Assembly (NCBI GenBank): GCA_045577755.1
Contig: JAZNJA010000090.1
Location: 2,144-66,143, forward strand
Direction: 5' to 3'
DNA from: Eubacteriales bacterium
Lineage (GTDB): Bacteria > Bacillota > Clostridia > Oscillospirales > CAG-272
Length of the DNA: 64,000 nt
In this document: one piece after another, positions 1-9,635 of the stretch
Layout: each line of letters starts with the position of its first letter
Numbering within the stretch: the stretch's first letter is position 1
Translations under genes and position numbers: made by a program
Notes under the pieces: model-generated
The model's database searches: none
What the model saw: the letters and a program-made list of their open reading frames with translations, nothing else
What the model was told of the DNA's origin: nothing

Positions 1-683
1 TCGGGGAGCTGATAATCTCCCAATTTATTGTACCACGTGATCGTACGGTAGCCTTCGTATTTTATTACAGAAAACTCATAGGAATCGAAATCGGCAAAAT
101 CAGCCATGGCTTGTTCAACAAGTTGGATCAATTCTGCATCATTATTGGCCGCAGTCACATCTACATGAGCCATGTAGAAAAAGCCTGTTCGGAAAAGAGT
201 TCCGTCATCCGTCAGCAAAACATACGGAGAGTCACTTTTACTCCACCCTTCTATATCGAGGTAATACTCGTGTACCAAAGCATCCTGTCTTGGGTAGAAA
301 TAGGATTGATTATAGGTCAACGGATATTCCACCCCATTCAGAACAAACACCTGCCCCTCGGGATGCTCGGCCCAGTCCACCGCCTGTACGTACATATTGG
401 TGGCTCCATCGGGCCCCCACGCCTCGTCGGAATAGTGGGATTTATACACCCGTTGCAGAGAAAAGCGAGAGGTCTCGGCGGGCGCGGCCGGCTCCTTCAT
501 CAGCATGGGTGCCACTACAGCCCCCACCGCCACCACCACAGCCAGAGCGGCCGCAACGGCAGCCAACCGCAGGAATTTTGTCCTTCGTCCCACCGCGACC
601 GGCGCAGCCGCATCAGGCGCGGCCTCCAGAATATACCGAGGGTCGATGCCCTCCATAGCATTGAATGCGGTCTTTCCTTTCAT
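1..683 (-). CDS. sigma-associated single-pass membrane protein (putative anti-sigma partner); C-terminus lies beyond the window edge
   Basis: Hand translation from ATG 683..681 gives MKGKTAFNAMEGIDPRYILEAAPD..., then a hydrophobic helix (LAAVAAALAVVVAVGAVVAPMLM) and an open frame down to position 1. The start overlaps the sigma-factor stop in an ATGA junction. Absent from the ORF track because it is truncated. Confidence 0.6.
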   Translation of the reverse strand, partial: MKGKTAFNAMEGIDPRYILEAAPDAAAPVAVGRRTKFLRLAAVAAALAVVVAVGAVVAPMLMKEPAAPAETSRFSLQRVYKSHYSDEAWGPDGATNMYVQAVDWAEHPEGQVFVLNGVEYPLTYNQSYFYPRQDALVHEYYLDIEGWSKSDSPYVLLTDDGTLFRTGFFYMAHVDVTAANNDAELIQLVEQAMADFADFDSYEFSVIKYEGYRTITWYNKLGDYQLP

Positions 684-1222
684 AACTTGTAACCCCTTTC
701 TTCCAAAAATTTTCGGAGCTTATTTCTTGTCTTGTAGAGCTTCACCGTGACGGCGTTGACGGTCATGCCCTCCGCTTTCGCCAGCTCGGCGGGCATCATG
801 GCGTACCAGTAGCGGCGGACGAAGAGACGGCGGTCGGTGTCCTTCAGCCCCGCCAGGAACTCGTTGAGCAGCTCGGGCAGCTCCTCCGCCGCCTCCTCGG
901 GGGCGGGGATGCAGGCCTCCAGCTCCTCGAAGGCCACCTCCAGCTCCCGGTTGCGCTTGGCGGCGCGGCTCTCGTGGTAGCGGTTGATGGACAGGCGGCG
1001 GGTCAGGACGGCGACGTAGGCCTTGAGGGAGGACGGCTCGTCGGGCGGGATGCTGTTCCACGCCTTGAGGTAGACGTCGCTGACGCACTCCTCGGCGTCC
1101 TGCTCGCTGTCCAGGATGTCCCGAGCGATGGTCATGCAGTATCTGCCGTACCGCTCCGCCGTCTCGGCGATAGCCCGCTCGTCACGGGCGAAAAACAGGC
1201 GGATGATGTCGCTGTCGGTCAT
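680..1222 (-). CDS. ECF-type RNA polymerase sigma-70 family factor (180 aa)
   Basis: Start trimmed to MTDSDIIRLFFARDERAIAE (ATG 1222..1220) with GAAAGGAGAG RBS upstream. Region 2 (YLKAWNSIPPDE) and region 4 HTH (AELAKAEGMTVNAVTVKLYKTRNKLRKFL) are recognisable. Confidence 0.85.
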   Translation of the reverse strand: MTDSDIIRLFFARDERAIAETAERYGRYCMTIARDILDSEQDAEECVSDVYLKAWNSIPPDEPSSLKAYVAVLTRRLSINRYHESRAAKRNRELEVAFEELEACIPAPEEAAEELPELLNEFLAGLKDTDRRLFVRRYWYAMMPAELAKAEGMTVNAVTVKLYKTRNKLRKFLEERGYKL

Positions 1223-1283
1223 GGTCTCTCCTTTCTCGGGGCGTCCCCCGAAAAATTGATTTGTATACGGTCGGGAGGGTTTC

Positions 1284-1457
1284 AAATTGCAGTTTATCGG
1301 TCTGTCTTTCGCCCACTTTTGGGCTGTCATCCTGAGCGGAGCCGCTTGCGGCGGAGTCGAAGGATCTCCTTTGCCGACAAGAGATCCTTCGACTCCGGGC
1401 TTCGCCCTCCGCTCAGGATGACAGCCCCAAAAAACAGTTCGACAAACCCAAATTTGA
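1284..1457. repeat. MITE-like intergenic palindromic element, copy 1 (imperfect terminal inverted repeats around a nested palindrome)
   Basis: 5' end AAATTGCAGTTTATCGGTCTGT and 3' end AACAGTTCGACAAACCCAAATTTGA match the ends of the 10832-11144 element and are imperfect inverted copies of each other. The core 1326-1422 (GTCATCCTGAGCGG...GTCGAAGGATCTC / GAGATCCTTCGAC...GCTCAGGATGAC) recurs at 30430-30536. Confidence 0.6.
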
Positions 1458-1570
1458 CCTCCCACAAGACCGATACACTCTGAATGAACGCGTTCACCGT
1501 GAACGGCTCTTTATCAGCCGTCCATCTACAAGGACAGGAAAAATTTCGGATTCTGTCCGTTTTCTCAAAA

Positions 1571-1609
1571 CTTTTTTCAAAAAACTTGGGACGGCATTTC
1601 TGCCGTCCC
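1571..1609 (-). terminator. rho-independent terminator downstream of the 1630-4902 gene
   Basis: Minus-strand hairpin GGGACGGCA-GAAA-UGCCGUCCC followed by AAGUUUUUUG. Confidence 0.65.
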
Positions 1610-1629
1610 GGGGGGGTAGGGGTGTTGGA

Positions 1630-4600
1630 TCAATTCAACTGCTGGATGGTGATAGACCCGATGAGATACTCCACGGTGGTCAGGCCGTAGAACAAGAGAT
1701 CGTCGGTGCCGCCGGGGGTGTTGGTATCGAAGGTGACGGTCAGCAGTCGGCTGTTGTCGGGATCCGCCTCGATCTTGTAGCTGACCTCGGCGGAGTTCTG
1801 GACGCCGCCCTGCATATGGAGCAGGACGAAGGCGCCGCGAGGCAGGGTGGTGGCCAGGTTGCCCAGCACGTCGTAGACCTGCATGGTGATGCGGAACTTG
1901 CGGCCGCCCGTCAGGTTGTTGGGAAGCGAGCCGAAGGTGAGGTTCTCGCCCGCGTAGTAGAAGGTATCGCCGAAGCCGTTTTTGCGGAGGAGCTCGGCGG
2001 TCTTCTCGGGCAGGAGGGCGGTGGAGGCGTAGGCACCCACGCCCGTATTCATGAGATTGCCCTCGGTGAAATCGAAGGTGTAGCCTGCCTTCAGCTCCTC
2101 CTGGGTCAGGGTATGGAAATCGTTGCGGGAGAGGAAGACGTCGGGCTTGAGGGAGCGCGCCATGGTGATGGTGAAGTCACCGATGTAGAGATCGGCATAG
2201 GCAGTGGGGTTGTTGTTCAGGAAGAACTTCAAGGACTTCTCCCCGGTGTCGCCCACGGTCCAGTCCATCTCGAAGTGGTAGAAGCCCTCGCCCGTGAAGA
2301 GGCCCTCGGCGAGCACGCGGTTACCGGGGGTGCTGTCCATGGCCAGGAGGTAGATCTTGGTGCCGTCCTTGGGCACCATGGGGGAGGCGATGTAGGCGTC
2401 GATGGAGATGTGGTAGGTCTTGCCCTGGACGTAGTAGCCCTTATCGGTGAATGCGGTGAAGTCGCCCATGTCACCCTTGACGTGGAGCACCGTACCCGAG
2501 GTAAAGCCGCTCTCGGCGTTCAGGATGGCGTTCTTGACCGTCTCGTCGGGGATGGCGTCGTAGGTCAGAGCCTCGCCATTCTTGCCGATGGTGATCTCCT
2601 TGTTCCAGGGGAAGGTATGGCCGTTGTAGAGCTGGTCCGTCGAGGGGTTCGCCCAGGAGGTGGCGGTGACGTTCACCATACCGATGTACACCGTAGCCCC
2701 CGCGGGGATATCAATGTAGAAGCCGGTGTTGCCATCCTCGGAATCGTACAGGCAGGCGGCACTTGCGATGGCGTTGGCCTGCTCGAAGAGGGTACCGTTC
2801 ACAGGAGTGGCGGTGTCTCCCGTGAGGAAGCCGGCGGCGCCGCCCGCGGCGGTGGCGTAGTAGTTGATGGAGAACATATAGGACTTGCCCGGGGTATGGA
2901 AGTGGTAGAGGAAATCAGCGGACAGGCCGTTCAGGATATAGCGGGTGCCGCTCTCACCGCCCGTCAGCACCAGCACGCGGTCCATGAAGCCCGCGTTGGC
3001 GGCCAGGGCGTCGCGGATGGCGGTATCCTCCAGCTTGGAGAGGGGCAGGATCCGACCGCCCTCCACCTGCATCATGATATAGGTCCAGTCGTAGGTGACG
3101 GTATTGACGAAGTCCACCTCGGTAGGCTCAATGACTACGGGGACGCGGGTCATCTTGCGGTTTTGGTAGGTGAACAGGCCCTCCTCGGTCCAGGTCTCGG
3201 ACTCGGTGACCTCCACGTTACGGCCCTTGGAGATCTTGGCGCCGTCGTTGAAGGTACAGCCCCAGAAGCCAATATCCTTGATGGCGCCGCGTATGGAAGC
3301 GCCGGCCGCGCCGATGTCCAGGCTGCCGCCGTTGAAGGTGCAGCCCACGTAGTCGATGTTACCGGGGATGGGACCCTCCACGCTGCCGTCCTCGCGGATC
3401 CAGGTGATGAGCATATCGAAAACGCAGTTCTCGATGCGGATCTCACGGCGGAAGCGGAAGGTACCCGTGAAGCGGGAGTTGGTGACGGTGGAGCCGGGGG
3501 CGCAGGTGTCACGGTTGCCCACGAGCCAGCCCTCCTCCATCTTGCGGAGGCTCTCGCCGTAGTCCAGCACGATATCCGTGGTGCCGTTGGGGTTCTGGAC
3601 CACGCGGCGGACGGTGGCCTTGCCCGCGTACACGCCCTTGGAGCTGAACACCTCGATGACGTCGCCCTCGCGGCAGTTGAAGGGATGGTAGGAGCCGTGG
3701 GTGTACATCTCGTACTGGGTGACGGTGAACTGGTTGCCGTTCTTGACCGAGGTGATGTAGCCCAGGGTATTGCTGACGTTGAAGACGTCGTCGAACAGAA
3801 CCCCCACGTCGCACTCGTTCCAATGGATGGGACGGCGGTTGTCCTTGACGTGGTAGCCGTCGCGCCAGGAGACCATCTTGATCTCGCGGTCGTTCTCCTC
3901 GCCGGGGATGTAGTCCACGTTCTCGAAGTAGATCTCGGCGTCGTTGTCGCGGACGTTGGCGATGAAGCTGGGGGCCGCCCAGACCTCGATGTTCTCAAAG
4001 ACCATACAGCCCGTATTGGAGGCGATGTACATGATCTCGCTCAGGGCGTTACCGATACCGGGGTTGGGCAAAAATACCTTGTCCCCCACCGCGTAGCCGT
4101 GGCTATCGGTCTGGTACTCCACCTTGACCTCCTTGGAGGCGGTTTTGGTCATGGTATTGATGAACCGGTGAGGTCTCTCCTGCTTGCCCTCGTTGTACTC
4201 GATGGAGAAATTGGTATAGCCGCGGCTGTCGTTGAATCCCTGGTTGGGCTCGATGTCGGTGGTGTAGGTGACGTGCGCGCCGTTCACCGCCTTGACGGTA
4301 CCCACCAGGTAGGGGGAGACTGCCAGATCCAGCTTCATGTTGCAGATGCGGATATCATTACAGTTCAGCATGGCATAGTAGCTGATACCGGGGGCGAAGC
4401 GGAAGACGGATCCGCCGCCGTCAACGGTGACACCGTCGGCACCGGTCATGGCGAAGGGAGAGCCAAAGGGGCCTGTGCTGCGGTCGGTGGTGCCGATGTA
4501 GTAGACCTTGCCCGACTCGAACTGCAGGGTGGCCTGCTGCTCCATGGCCGCCACGATGGCGCGGCCAATGGCGGGGCCGTCGTCGGTCTTACCGTCGCCC

Positions 4601-4902
4601 TTGACACCGAAGTCGGCGGCCTTCAGGACCACCTCGGACTTGGCGCCCGCCTGCTCCTTAGGGTACTCGGAGCGGTTGATGGGCTCGGGGACGGGATCGG
4701 TCTCGGGCTCGGTGGGAGCCTCGGTGGGCATCTCGGTGCCTTCGTCTGTGGGTGCTTCCCCACTCTCGTCGGGGGTGTCGGGAGCCACGGTGGATCCGTC
4801 GGTGGTGTCGGTGGTGGGATCGTCACCTCTACAGGCGACAAAGCCCAGGCAAAGGGCGAGGGTCAAAAGCGCGATCAGGAACAAGATGCTTTTGCGCTTC
4901 AT
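1630..4902 (-). CDS. secreted lipoprotein with pectate-lyase-3/GH28-like right-handed beta-helix and three C-terminal beta-sandwich (CBM-like) modules
   Basis: Signal peptide with lipobox (LALCLGFVAC), a Thr/Pro/Glu-rich linker, then LKAADFGVKGDGKTDDGPAIGRAI, typical of the Pectate_lyase_3 N-terminus. AGGAG RBS upstream of the ATG. Confidence 0.85.
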   Translation of the reverse strand: MKRKSILFLIALLTLALCLGFVACRGDDPTTDTTDGSTVAPDTPDESGEAPTDEGTEMPTEAPTEPETDPVPEPINRSEYPKEQAGAKSEVVLKAADFGVKGDGKTDDGPAIGRAIVAAMEQQATLQFESGKVYYIGTTDRSTGPFGSPFAMTGADGVTVDGGGSVFRFAPGISYYAMLNCNDIRICNMKLDLAVSPYLVGTVKAVNGAHVTYTTDIEPNQGFNDSRGYTNFSIEYNEGKQERPHRFINTMTKTASKEVKVEYQTDSHGYAVGDKVFLPNPGIGNALSEIMYIASNTGCMVFENIEVWAAPSFIANVRDNDAEIYFENVDYIPGEENDREIKMVSWRDGYHVKDNRRPIHWNECDVGVLFDDVFNVSNTLGYITSVKNGNQFTVTQYEMYTHGSYHPFNCREGDVIEVFSSKGVYAGKATVRRVVQNPNGTTDIVLDYGESLRKMEEGWLVGNRDTCAPGSTVTNSRFTGTFRFRREIRIENCVFDMLITWIREDGSVEGPIPGNIDYVGCTFNGGSLDIGAAGASIRGAIKDIGFWGCTFNDGAKISKGRNVEVTESETWTEEGLFTYQNRKMTRVPVVIEPTEVDFVNTVTYDWTYIMMQVEGGRILPLSKLEDTAIRDALAANAGFMDRVLVLTGGESGTRYILNGLSADFLYHFHTPGKSYMFSINYYATAAGGAAGFLTGDTATPVNGTLFEQANAIASAACLYDSEDGNTGFYIDIPAGATVYIGMVNVTATSWANPSTDQLYNGHTFPWNKEITIGKNGEALTYDAIPDETVKNAILNAESGFTSGTVLHVKGDMGDFTAFTDKGYYVQGKTYHISIDAYIASPMVPKDGTKIYLLAMDSTPGNRVLAEGLFTGEGFYHFEMDWTVGDTGEKSLKFFLNNNPTAYADLYIGDFTITMARSLKPDVFLSRNDFHTLTQEELKAGYTFDFTEGNLMNTGVGAYASTALLPEKTAELLRKNGFGDTFYYAGENLTFGSLPNNLTGGRKFRITMQVYDVLGNLATTLPRGAFVLLHMQGGVQNSAEVSYKIEADPDNSRLLTVTFDTNTPGGTDDLLFYGLTTVEYLIGSITIQQLN

Positions 4903-5004
4903 AGGCGGTCTCCTTTCTCATGCCCCGCGGCGGGGGTATGGACAGAGGACAGTCCGGGGGAAAATACCCCTCGGAGCAGGTCTTCCTTCCGTCGATATAG
5001 CACT

Positions 5005-5033
5005 ATTATAGCATAACCCCTCGCAAAATGCAA
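5005..5033 (-). promoter_or_regulatory. candidate sigma-A promoter for the beta-helix lipoprotein gene
   Basis: Minus strand reads TTGCAT, a 17-nt spacer, then TATAAT. Confidence 0.5.
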
Positions 5034-5149
5034 GATTTTTTTATGAAATATATATAAAGGTAAGCAGGCTTTTCCGCCCTCTCTTGAAAATCATCACCTT
5101 GCACAAAATCAGTGCGCTCTTTTCGTGCAAACCGCCTCTTCTTTGGGGC

Positions 5150-5178
5150 TTGACAAATCCGCCGTTTTGTATTATAAT
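5150..5178 (+). promoter_or_regulatory. candidate sigma-A promoter of the his operon
   Basis: TTGACA (5150-5155), 17-nt spacer, TATAAT (5173-5178), about 50 nt upstream of the first gene. Confidence 0.6.
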
Positions 5179-5228
5179 GGTGCAATAGTTTTTACTACAC
5201 TAAAGTGATAAAGGAGACCGAACGTCCC

Positions 5229-5534
5229 ATGAAGCCTCTTCATAATCCCGACGTGGACGCCCTTTTCGAAGCTATCCTGGCCATGAAGACCGTGGAGGAG
5301 TGCTACGCCTTCTTCGAGGACGCCTGCACCATCAAGGAGATCCTCGACGTGTCCCAAAGACTCAAGGCCGCCAAGATGCTCTCCTCGGGGGCCAACTACG
5401 CCGACATCAGCCGTGAGACCGGCATGAGCACCGCCACCATCAGCCGCGTGTCCAAGTGCCTGGAGTACGGCGCGGGGGGCTACCGACTCGCCATCGAGCG
5501 GGTGGGAGCGTTCCCTTCGTCCGATTCGGAATAA
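5229..5534 (+). CDS. YerC/YecD family TrpR-like DNA-binding protein, candidate histidine-operon repressor (HisR-type)
   Basis: MKPLHNPDVDALFEAILAMKTVEECYAFFEDACTIKEILDVSQRLKAAKML...TGMSTATISRVSKCLEYG is the YerC/YecD signature. ATG 5229 chosen over GTG 5205 because AAGGAG lies 9 nt upstream. Sits 25 nt upstream of hisZ. Confidence 0.8.
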   Translation: MKPLHNPDVDALFEAILAMKTVEECYAFFEDACTIKEILDVSQRLKAAKMLSSGANYADISRETGMSTATISRVSKCLEYGAGGYRLAIERVGAFPSSDSE

Positions 5535-5559
5535 CTACTGTCAAATAAGGATATTTACC

Positions 5560-6666
5560 ATGAACGTCACCTATCTCAAGCCGGAGGAGCGAGCCGTATT
5601 CGCTCTGCGGGAGCTCTACCGCGGCTATGGCTATCTGCCCTTCAAGATGAGCAAATTTGAGGAGTATGACCTCTACGTCCGCAACAAGGATTTTCTGGTC
5701 AGCGACCGTGTCATCACCTTCACCGACATGGGCGGTAAGCTCCTGGCCCTCAAGCCCGACGTCACCCTCTCCATCATCAAGAACGGCGAGGACCGACCCG
5801 GGGAGAAGCAGAAGGTCTGCTACAACGAGAACGTCTACCGCGTGTCGGGGAGCACCCACCACTTCAAGGAGATCCTGCAAACGGGCCTGGAGTGCATCGG
5901 GGACCTGGATGCCTACGATATCTGCGAGGTGGTGACCCTGGCCGCCGCTTCCCTTTCCACCGTCTCCCCGGATTTCGTGCTGGATATCTCCCACATGGGT
6001 ATTCTGTCGGCCCTGCTGGACGACGTCACCGCCGAGAAGTCGGTGCGCCGTGAGATCGCCCGCTGTATCGCCGAGAAGAACACCCACGACCTCACCCGCA
6101 TCTGCGCCGAGGCCGGCATCGGGGAGGAGGACACCGCCACCCTGAAGGAGTTCGTAGGCATCTACGGCGACATGGACACGGTGCTGGATCGCCTCACCCC
6201 CCTCTGCCGCCGCTACGAAGCGGTGGCCATCGCCCACAGTGAGCTGACGGGCCTGCGGGATCACCTGAAAAAGACCCCCTACGCCGACCGCGTGCGGTTC
6301 GATTTCTCCATCATCAACGATATGTCCTACTACAACGGCGTGGTCTTCTGTGGTTTTTTGGACGGCATCTGCGAGTGCGTGTTGTCGGGCGGCCAGTACA
6401 ACAAGCTCATGAAGCGCATGGGACGCAAGTCGGGGGCCATCGGCTTTGCCCTGTACCTGGACCTTCTGGAAGGGCTTCCCCGTACCGCTCCCGCTTGCGA
6501 CGTGGACGTCCTGGTGCTGTACGACAGCCGTACCCCCGCCGAGACCGTCACCGACACGGTGGAATCCCTCCGCAACCAGGGCAAGACCGTATCCGCCCAG
6601 CGAAGCGTCCCCGAAAAGCTCCGCTACGCCGCCCTCTGTGACCTGAGAAAGGAGGCGACCAAATGA
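5560..6666 (+). CDS. hisZ: ATP phosphoribosyltransferase regulatory subunit
   Basis: HisRS-like, lacking an anticodon-binding domain (ERAVFALRELYRGYGYLPFKMSKFEEYDLY). Overlaps the short-form hisG. Confidence 0.9.
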   Translation: MNVTYLKPEERAVFALRELYRGYGYLPFKMSKFEEYDLYVRNKDFLVSDRVITFTDMGGKLLALKPDVTLSIIKNGEDRPGEKQKVCYNENVYRVSGSTHHFKEILQTGLECIGDLDAYDICEVVTLAAASLSTVSPDFVLDISHMGILSALLDDVTAEKSVRREIARCIAEKNTHDLTRICAEAGIGEEDTATLKEFVGIYGDMDTVLDRLTPLCRRYEAVAIAHSELTGLRDHLKKTPYADRVRFDFSIINDMSYYNGVVFCGFLDGICECVLSGGQYNKLMKRMGRKSGAIGFALYLDLLEGLPRTAPACDVDVLVLYDSRTPAETVTDTVESLRNQGKTVSAQRSVPEKLRYAALCDLRKEATK

Positions 6667-7292
6667 TCAACGTTGCGCTTCCCAAGGGCAGACTGGGAGA
6701 AAAGGTTTACGCCATGTTCGCCGAGGCGGGCTATGAGTGTCCCGCCCTGCTGGAGCCCTCCCGCAAGCTCATCTTTGAAAACCCCGAGGCAGGGGTCCGC
6801 TACTTCTGGGTCAAGCCCTCCGACGTGGCCATCTACGTGGAGCGAGGCGCCGCCGATATCGGCGTGGCGGGCAAGGATATCCTCCTCGAATACGAGCCCG
6901 ACGTCTTCGAGCTTCTGGACCTGGATCTCGGTAAATGCCGTATGGCGGTGGCCGCCAAGTCCGATTTCTTCGACGACGGCACCCGCACCCTCCGCGTAGC
7001 CACCAAATTCACCAATATCGCTGCCCGCTATTACGCGTCCAAGTGCCGCGAGATCGACATCATCAAGCTCAACGGCTCCATCGAGATCGCCCCCATCCTG
7101 GGGTTGTCCGACGTCATCGTGGACATCGTGGAGACGGGCAAGACCCTGGTGGAGAACGATCTGGAGGTCAAGGAGACCATCCTCCCCATCTCGGCCCGCC
7201 TCATCTGCAACAAGGCCGCCTTCCGCTTCAAGACCGCGGAGATCGAGAAAATCACATCCTATATGAAAGCCCAGGTAGAAACCCATGATTAA
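6663..7292 (+). CDS. hisG: ATP phosphoribosyltransferase, short form
   Basis: MINVALPKGRLGEKVY..., 209 aa. ATGA overlap with hisZ. Confidence 0.95.
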   Translation: MINVALPKGRLGEKVYAMFAEAGYECPALLEPSRKLIFENPEAGVRYFWVKPSDVAIYVERGAADIGVAGKDILLEYEPDVFELLDLDLGKCRMAVAAKSDFFDDGTRTLRVATKFTNIAARYYASKCREIDIIKLNGSIEIAPILGLSDVIVDIVETGKTLVENDLEVKETILPISARLICNKAAFRFKTAEIEKITSYMKAQVETHD

Positions 7293-8571
7293 GATCTACA
7301 AGTACGGCGAGGTATCCAACGACGAGATCTTCGCCCGTGACAATATCGCATCCAACGTCGAAGGCGTCGTGACCGGCATCATCGCCGACGTCATCGCAAA
7401 CGGCGACAAGGCTCTGTACGCCTACGCCAAGAAGTTCGACAAGGCCGACCTGACCTCCCTGGAGGTCACCCCCGAGGAGATCGAGGAGGCCGTGGCATCC
7501 GTATCCCCCGAATTCCTGGATATCCTCCGCGAGGCCGCCGTCAACATCCGCGCCTTCCACGAAAAGCAGGTCAGAAACAGCTTCATCATCAGCGAGTGTG
7601 ACGGCGTGGTGGTGGGCCAGAAGGTGACCCCCATCGAGAAGGTGGGCCTCTACGTTCCCGGCGGCACCGCCGCTTACCCCTCCACCGTCCTCATGGACGC
7701 CATCCCCGCCAAGATCGCGGGCTGCTCTGAGATCGTCATGGTGACGCCTCCTTCCGCATCGGGCAAGGTCAACCCCGTCATCCTCGCCGCCGCCAAGGTA
7801 GCGGGCGTGACCCGCATCTTCAAGATGGGTGGCGCCCAGGCCATTGCCGCCCTGGCCTACGGCACCGAGAGCGTCCCCCGCGTGGACAAGATCGTAGGTC
7901 CCGGGAACGCCTACGTGGCCGAGGCCAAGAAGCAGGTCTTCGGCAGAGTCTCCATCGACATGATCGCCGGCCCCAGCGAGATCCTGGTGGTGGCCGACGC
8001 TACCTGTAACCCCAAGTTCGTGGCCGCGGATCTTCTGTCCCAGGCCGAGCACGACCGCATGGCAAGCGCGGTGCTGGTCACCGACACCTATGAGCTGGCC
8101 GAGGCCGTCTCCGCCGAGCTGGAGCGCCAGATCCCCCTGCTCCCCCGCGCCGACATCGCCCGCGAGTCCATCGACAAGAACGGCAAGATCATCGTGGCCG
8201 AGGGCAACCTCATGCTGGCCATCGACATCGCCAACGAGATCGCTCCCGAGCATCTGGAGCTGTCCATGGACAACCCCTTCGACTATCTGGACAAGGTCAA
8301 GCACGCCGGTTCCATCTTCATGGGCAAGTACTGCCCCGAGGCCCTGGGCGACTACTTCGCCGGCCCCAACCACACCCTGCCCACCAGCGGCACCGCCCGC
8401 TTCTCCTCCCCCCTGTCGGTGGATGACTTCGTCAAGAAGTCCCAGTTCACCTACTACACCCGCGACGCCCTCGCCAAGGTGGCCTACAAGGTGGCCTACT
8501 TTGCCGAGCGGGAAGGCCTCTCCGCCCACGCCAGAAGCGCCACGGTGCGCTTTGAGGGGGACGCCGAATGA
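7285..8571 (+). CDS. hisD: histidinol dehydrogenase
   Basis: 428 aa with conserved SQAEHD and GDYFAGPNHTLPT motifs. Confidence 0.95.
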   Translation: MIKIYKYGEVSNDEIFARDNIASNVEGVVTGIIADVIANGDKALYAYAKKFDKADLTSLEVTPEEIEEAVASVSPEFLDILREAAVNIRAFHEKQVRNSFIISECDGVVVGQKVTPIEKVGLYVPGGTAAYPSTVLMDAIPAKIAGCSEIVMVTPPSASGKVNPVILAAAKVAGVTRIFKMGGAQAIAALAYGTESVPRVDKIVGPGNAYVAEAKKQVFGRVSIDMIAGPSEILVVADATCNPKFVAADLLSQAEHDRMASAVLVTDTYELAEAVSAELERQIPLLPRADIARESIDKNGKIIVAEGNLMLAIDIANEIAPEHLELSMDNPFDYLDKVKHAGSIFMGKYCPEALGDYFAGPNHTLPTSGTARFSSPLSVDDFVKKSQFTYYTRDALAKVAYKVAYFAEREGLSAHARSATVRFEGDAE

Positions 8572-9635
8572 GCCGCTTCTTCACCAAACGGCTTGATAAG
8601 CTGACCCCCTACACCCCCGGCGAGCAGCCTCGGGATATGCAGTACATCAAGCTCAACACCAACGAGTCTCCCTTCCCTCCCTCCCCCGCTGTCATCGAGG
8701 CGGCCAAGACCGAGGCGGGACGGCTCCGGCTCTACTCCGACCCCACCTGCCGCGAGCTGACCGACAAACTGGCCTCCCTCTACGGCGTTTCCCCCGATCA
8801 GGTCATCCTCACCAACGGCTCCGACGAGGTGCTGAACTTCGCCTTCATGGCCTTTGCTGACGAGGATCACCCCCTGGTCTTCCCCGCCATCACCTACGGC
8901 TTCTACCCCGTCTTCGCCGAGTTGAACCGTATCCCCTACGAGGATATCCCCCTGAAGGAGGACTTCTCGGTGGACTACCGCGACTATCTGAATTTGGGTG
9001 GAAAAACCATCGTCATCGCCAACCCCAACGCCCCCACGGGACTCTGCCTGACCCTCGGCGAGATCGAGGAGATCGTGAGATCCAACCCCGACGGCGTGGT
9101 GGTGATTGACGAGGCCTACGTGGATTTCGGCGCCGAGAGCGCGGTGAAGTTGGTGGATCAGTATGATAATCTTCTGGTCACCCAGACCTTCTCCAAGTCC
9201 CGCTCCCTGGCGGGTGCAAGATTGGGATTCGGCATCGGTAACAAGGCACTGATCGCCGACCTCCACACGGTGCGCTACTCCACCAATCCCTACAACGTCA
9301 ACCGCATGACCGCCGCCGCGGGCTACGCCGCCCTCTGCGACAACGATTACTATATGCTAAACTGCCGTACCATCATGGAGAATCGGGCATACACCACCGA
9401 GGCTCTCCGCGATCTGGGCTTTGAGGTACTTCCCTCTCTGACCAACTTCGTCTTCGCCAAGACCGATAAGATCGGCGGTGAGGCCCTCTACCTGGAGCTG
9501 AAGCGCAGGGGCATCCTGGTGCGCCATTTCGGCAAGGCAGAGATCACTGACTACAACCGCATCACCATCGGCACAAGAGAGCAGATGGAGGCGTTCATTT
9601 CTACCGTTAAAACCATTCTGGAGGAGCTGTCATGA
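8568..9635 (+). CDS. hisC: histidinol-phosphate aminotransferase
   Basis: 355 aa, class II aminotransferase. KLNTNESPFPPSP and TFSKSRSLAGARLG (PLP lysine) motifs. Confidence 0.95.
   Translation: MSRFFTKRLDKLTPYTPGEQPRDMQYIKLNTNESPFPPSPAVIEAAKTEAGRLRLYSDPTCRELTDKLASLYGVSPDQVILTNGSDEVLNFAFMAFADEDHPLVFPAITYGFYPVFAELNRIPYEDIPLKEDFSVDYRDYLNLGGKTIVIANPNAPTGLCLTLGEIEEIVRSNPDGVVVIDEAYVDFGAESAVKLVDQYDNLLVTQTFSKSRSLAGARLGFGIGNKALIADLHTVRYSTNPYNVNRMTAAAGYAALCDNDYYMLNCRTIMENRAYTTEALRDLGFEVLPSLTNFVFAKTDKIGGEALYLELKRRGILVRHFGKAEITDYNRITIGTREQMEAFISTVKTILEELS

Noticed and set aside
1816-5016. 1066-aa plus-strand ORF.
   Set aside because: It is exactly antisense to the well-supported beta-helix lipoprotein gene. 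The translation is Gly/Ala/Val/Asp/His/Leu-rich low-complexity sequence typical of GC3 shadow frames, and there is no RBS.
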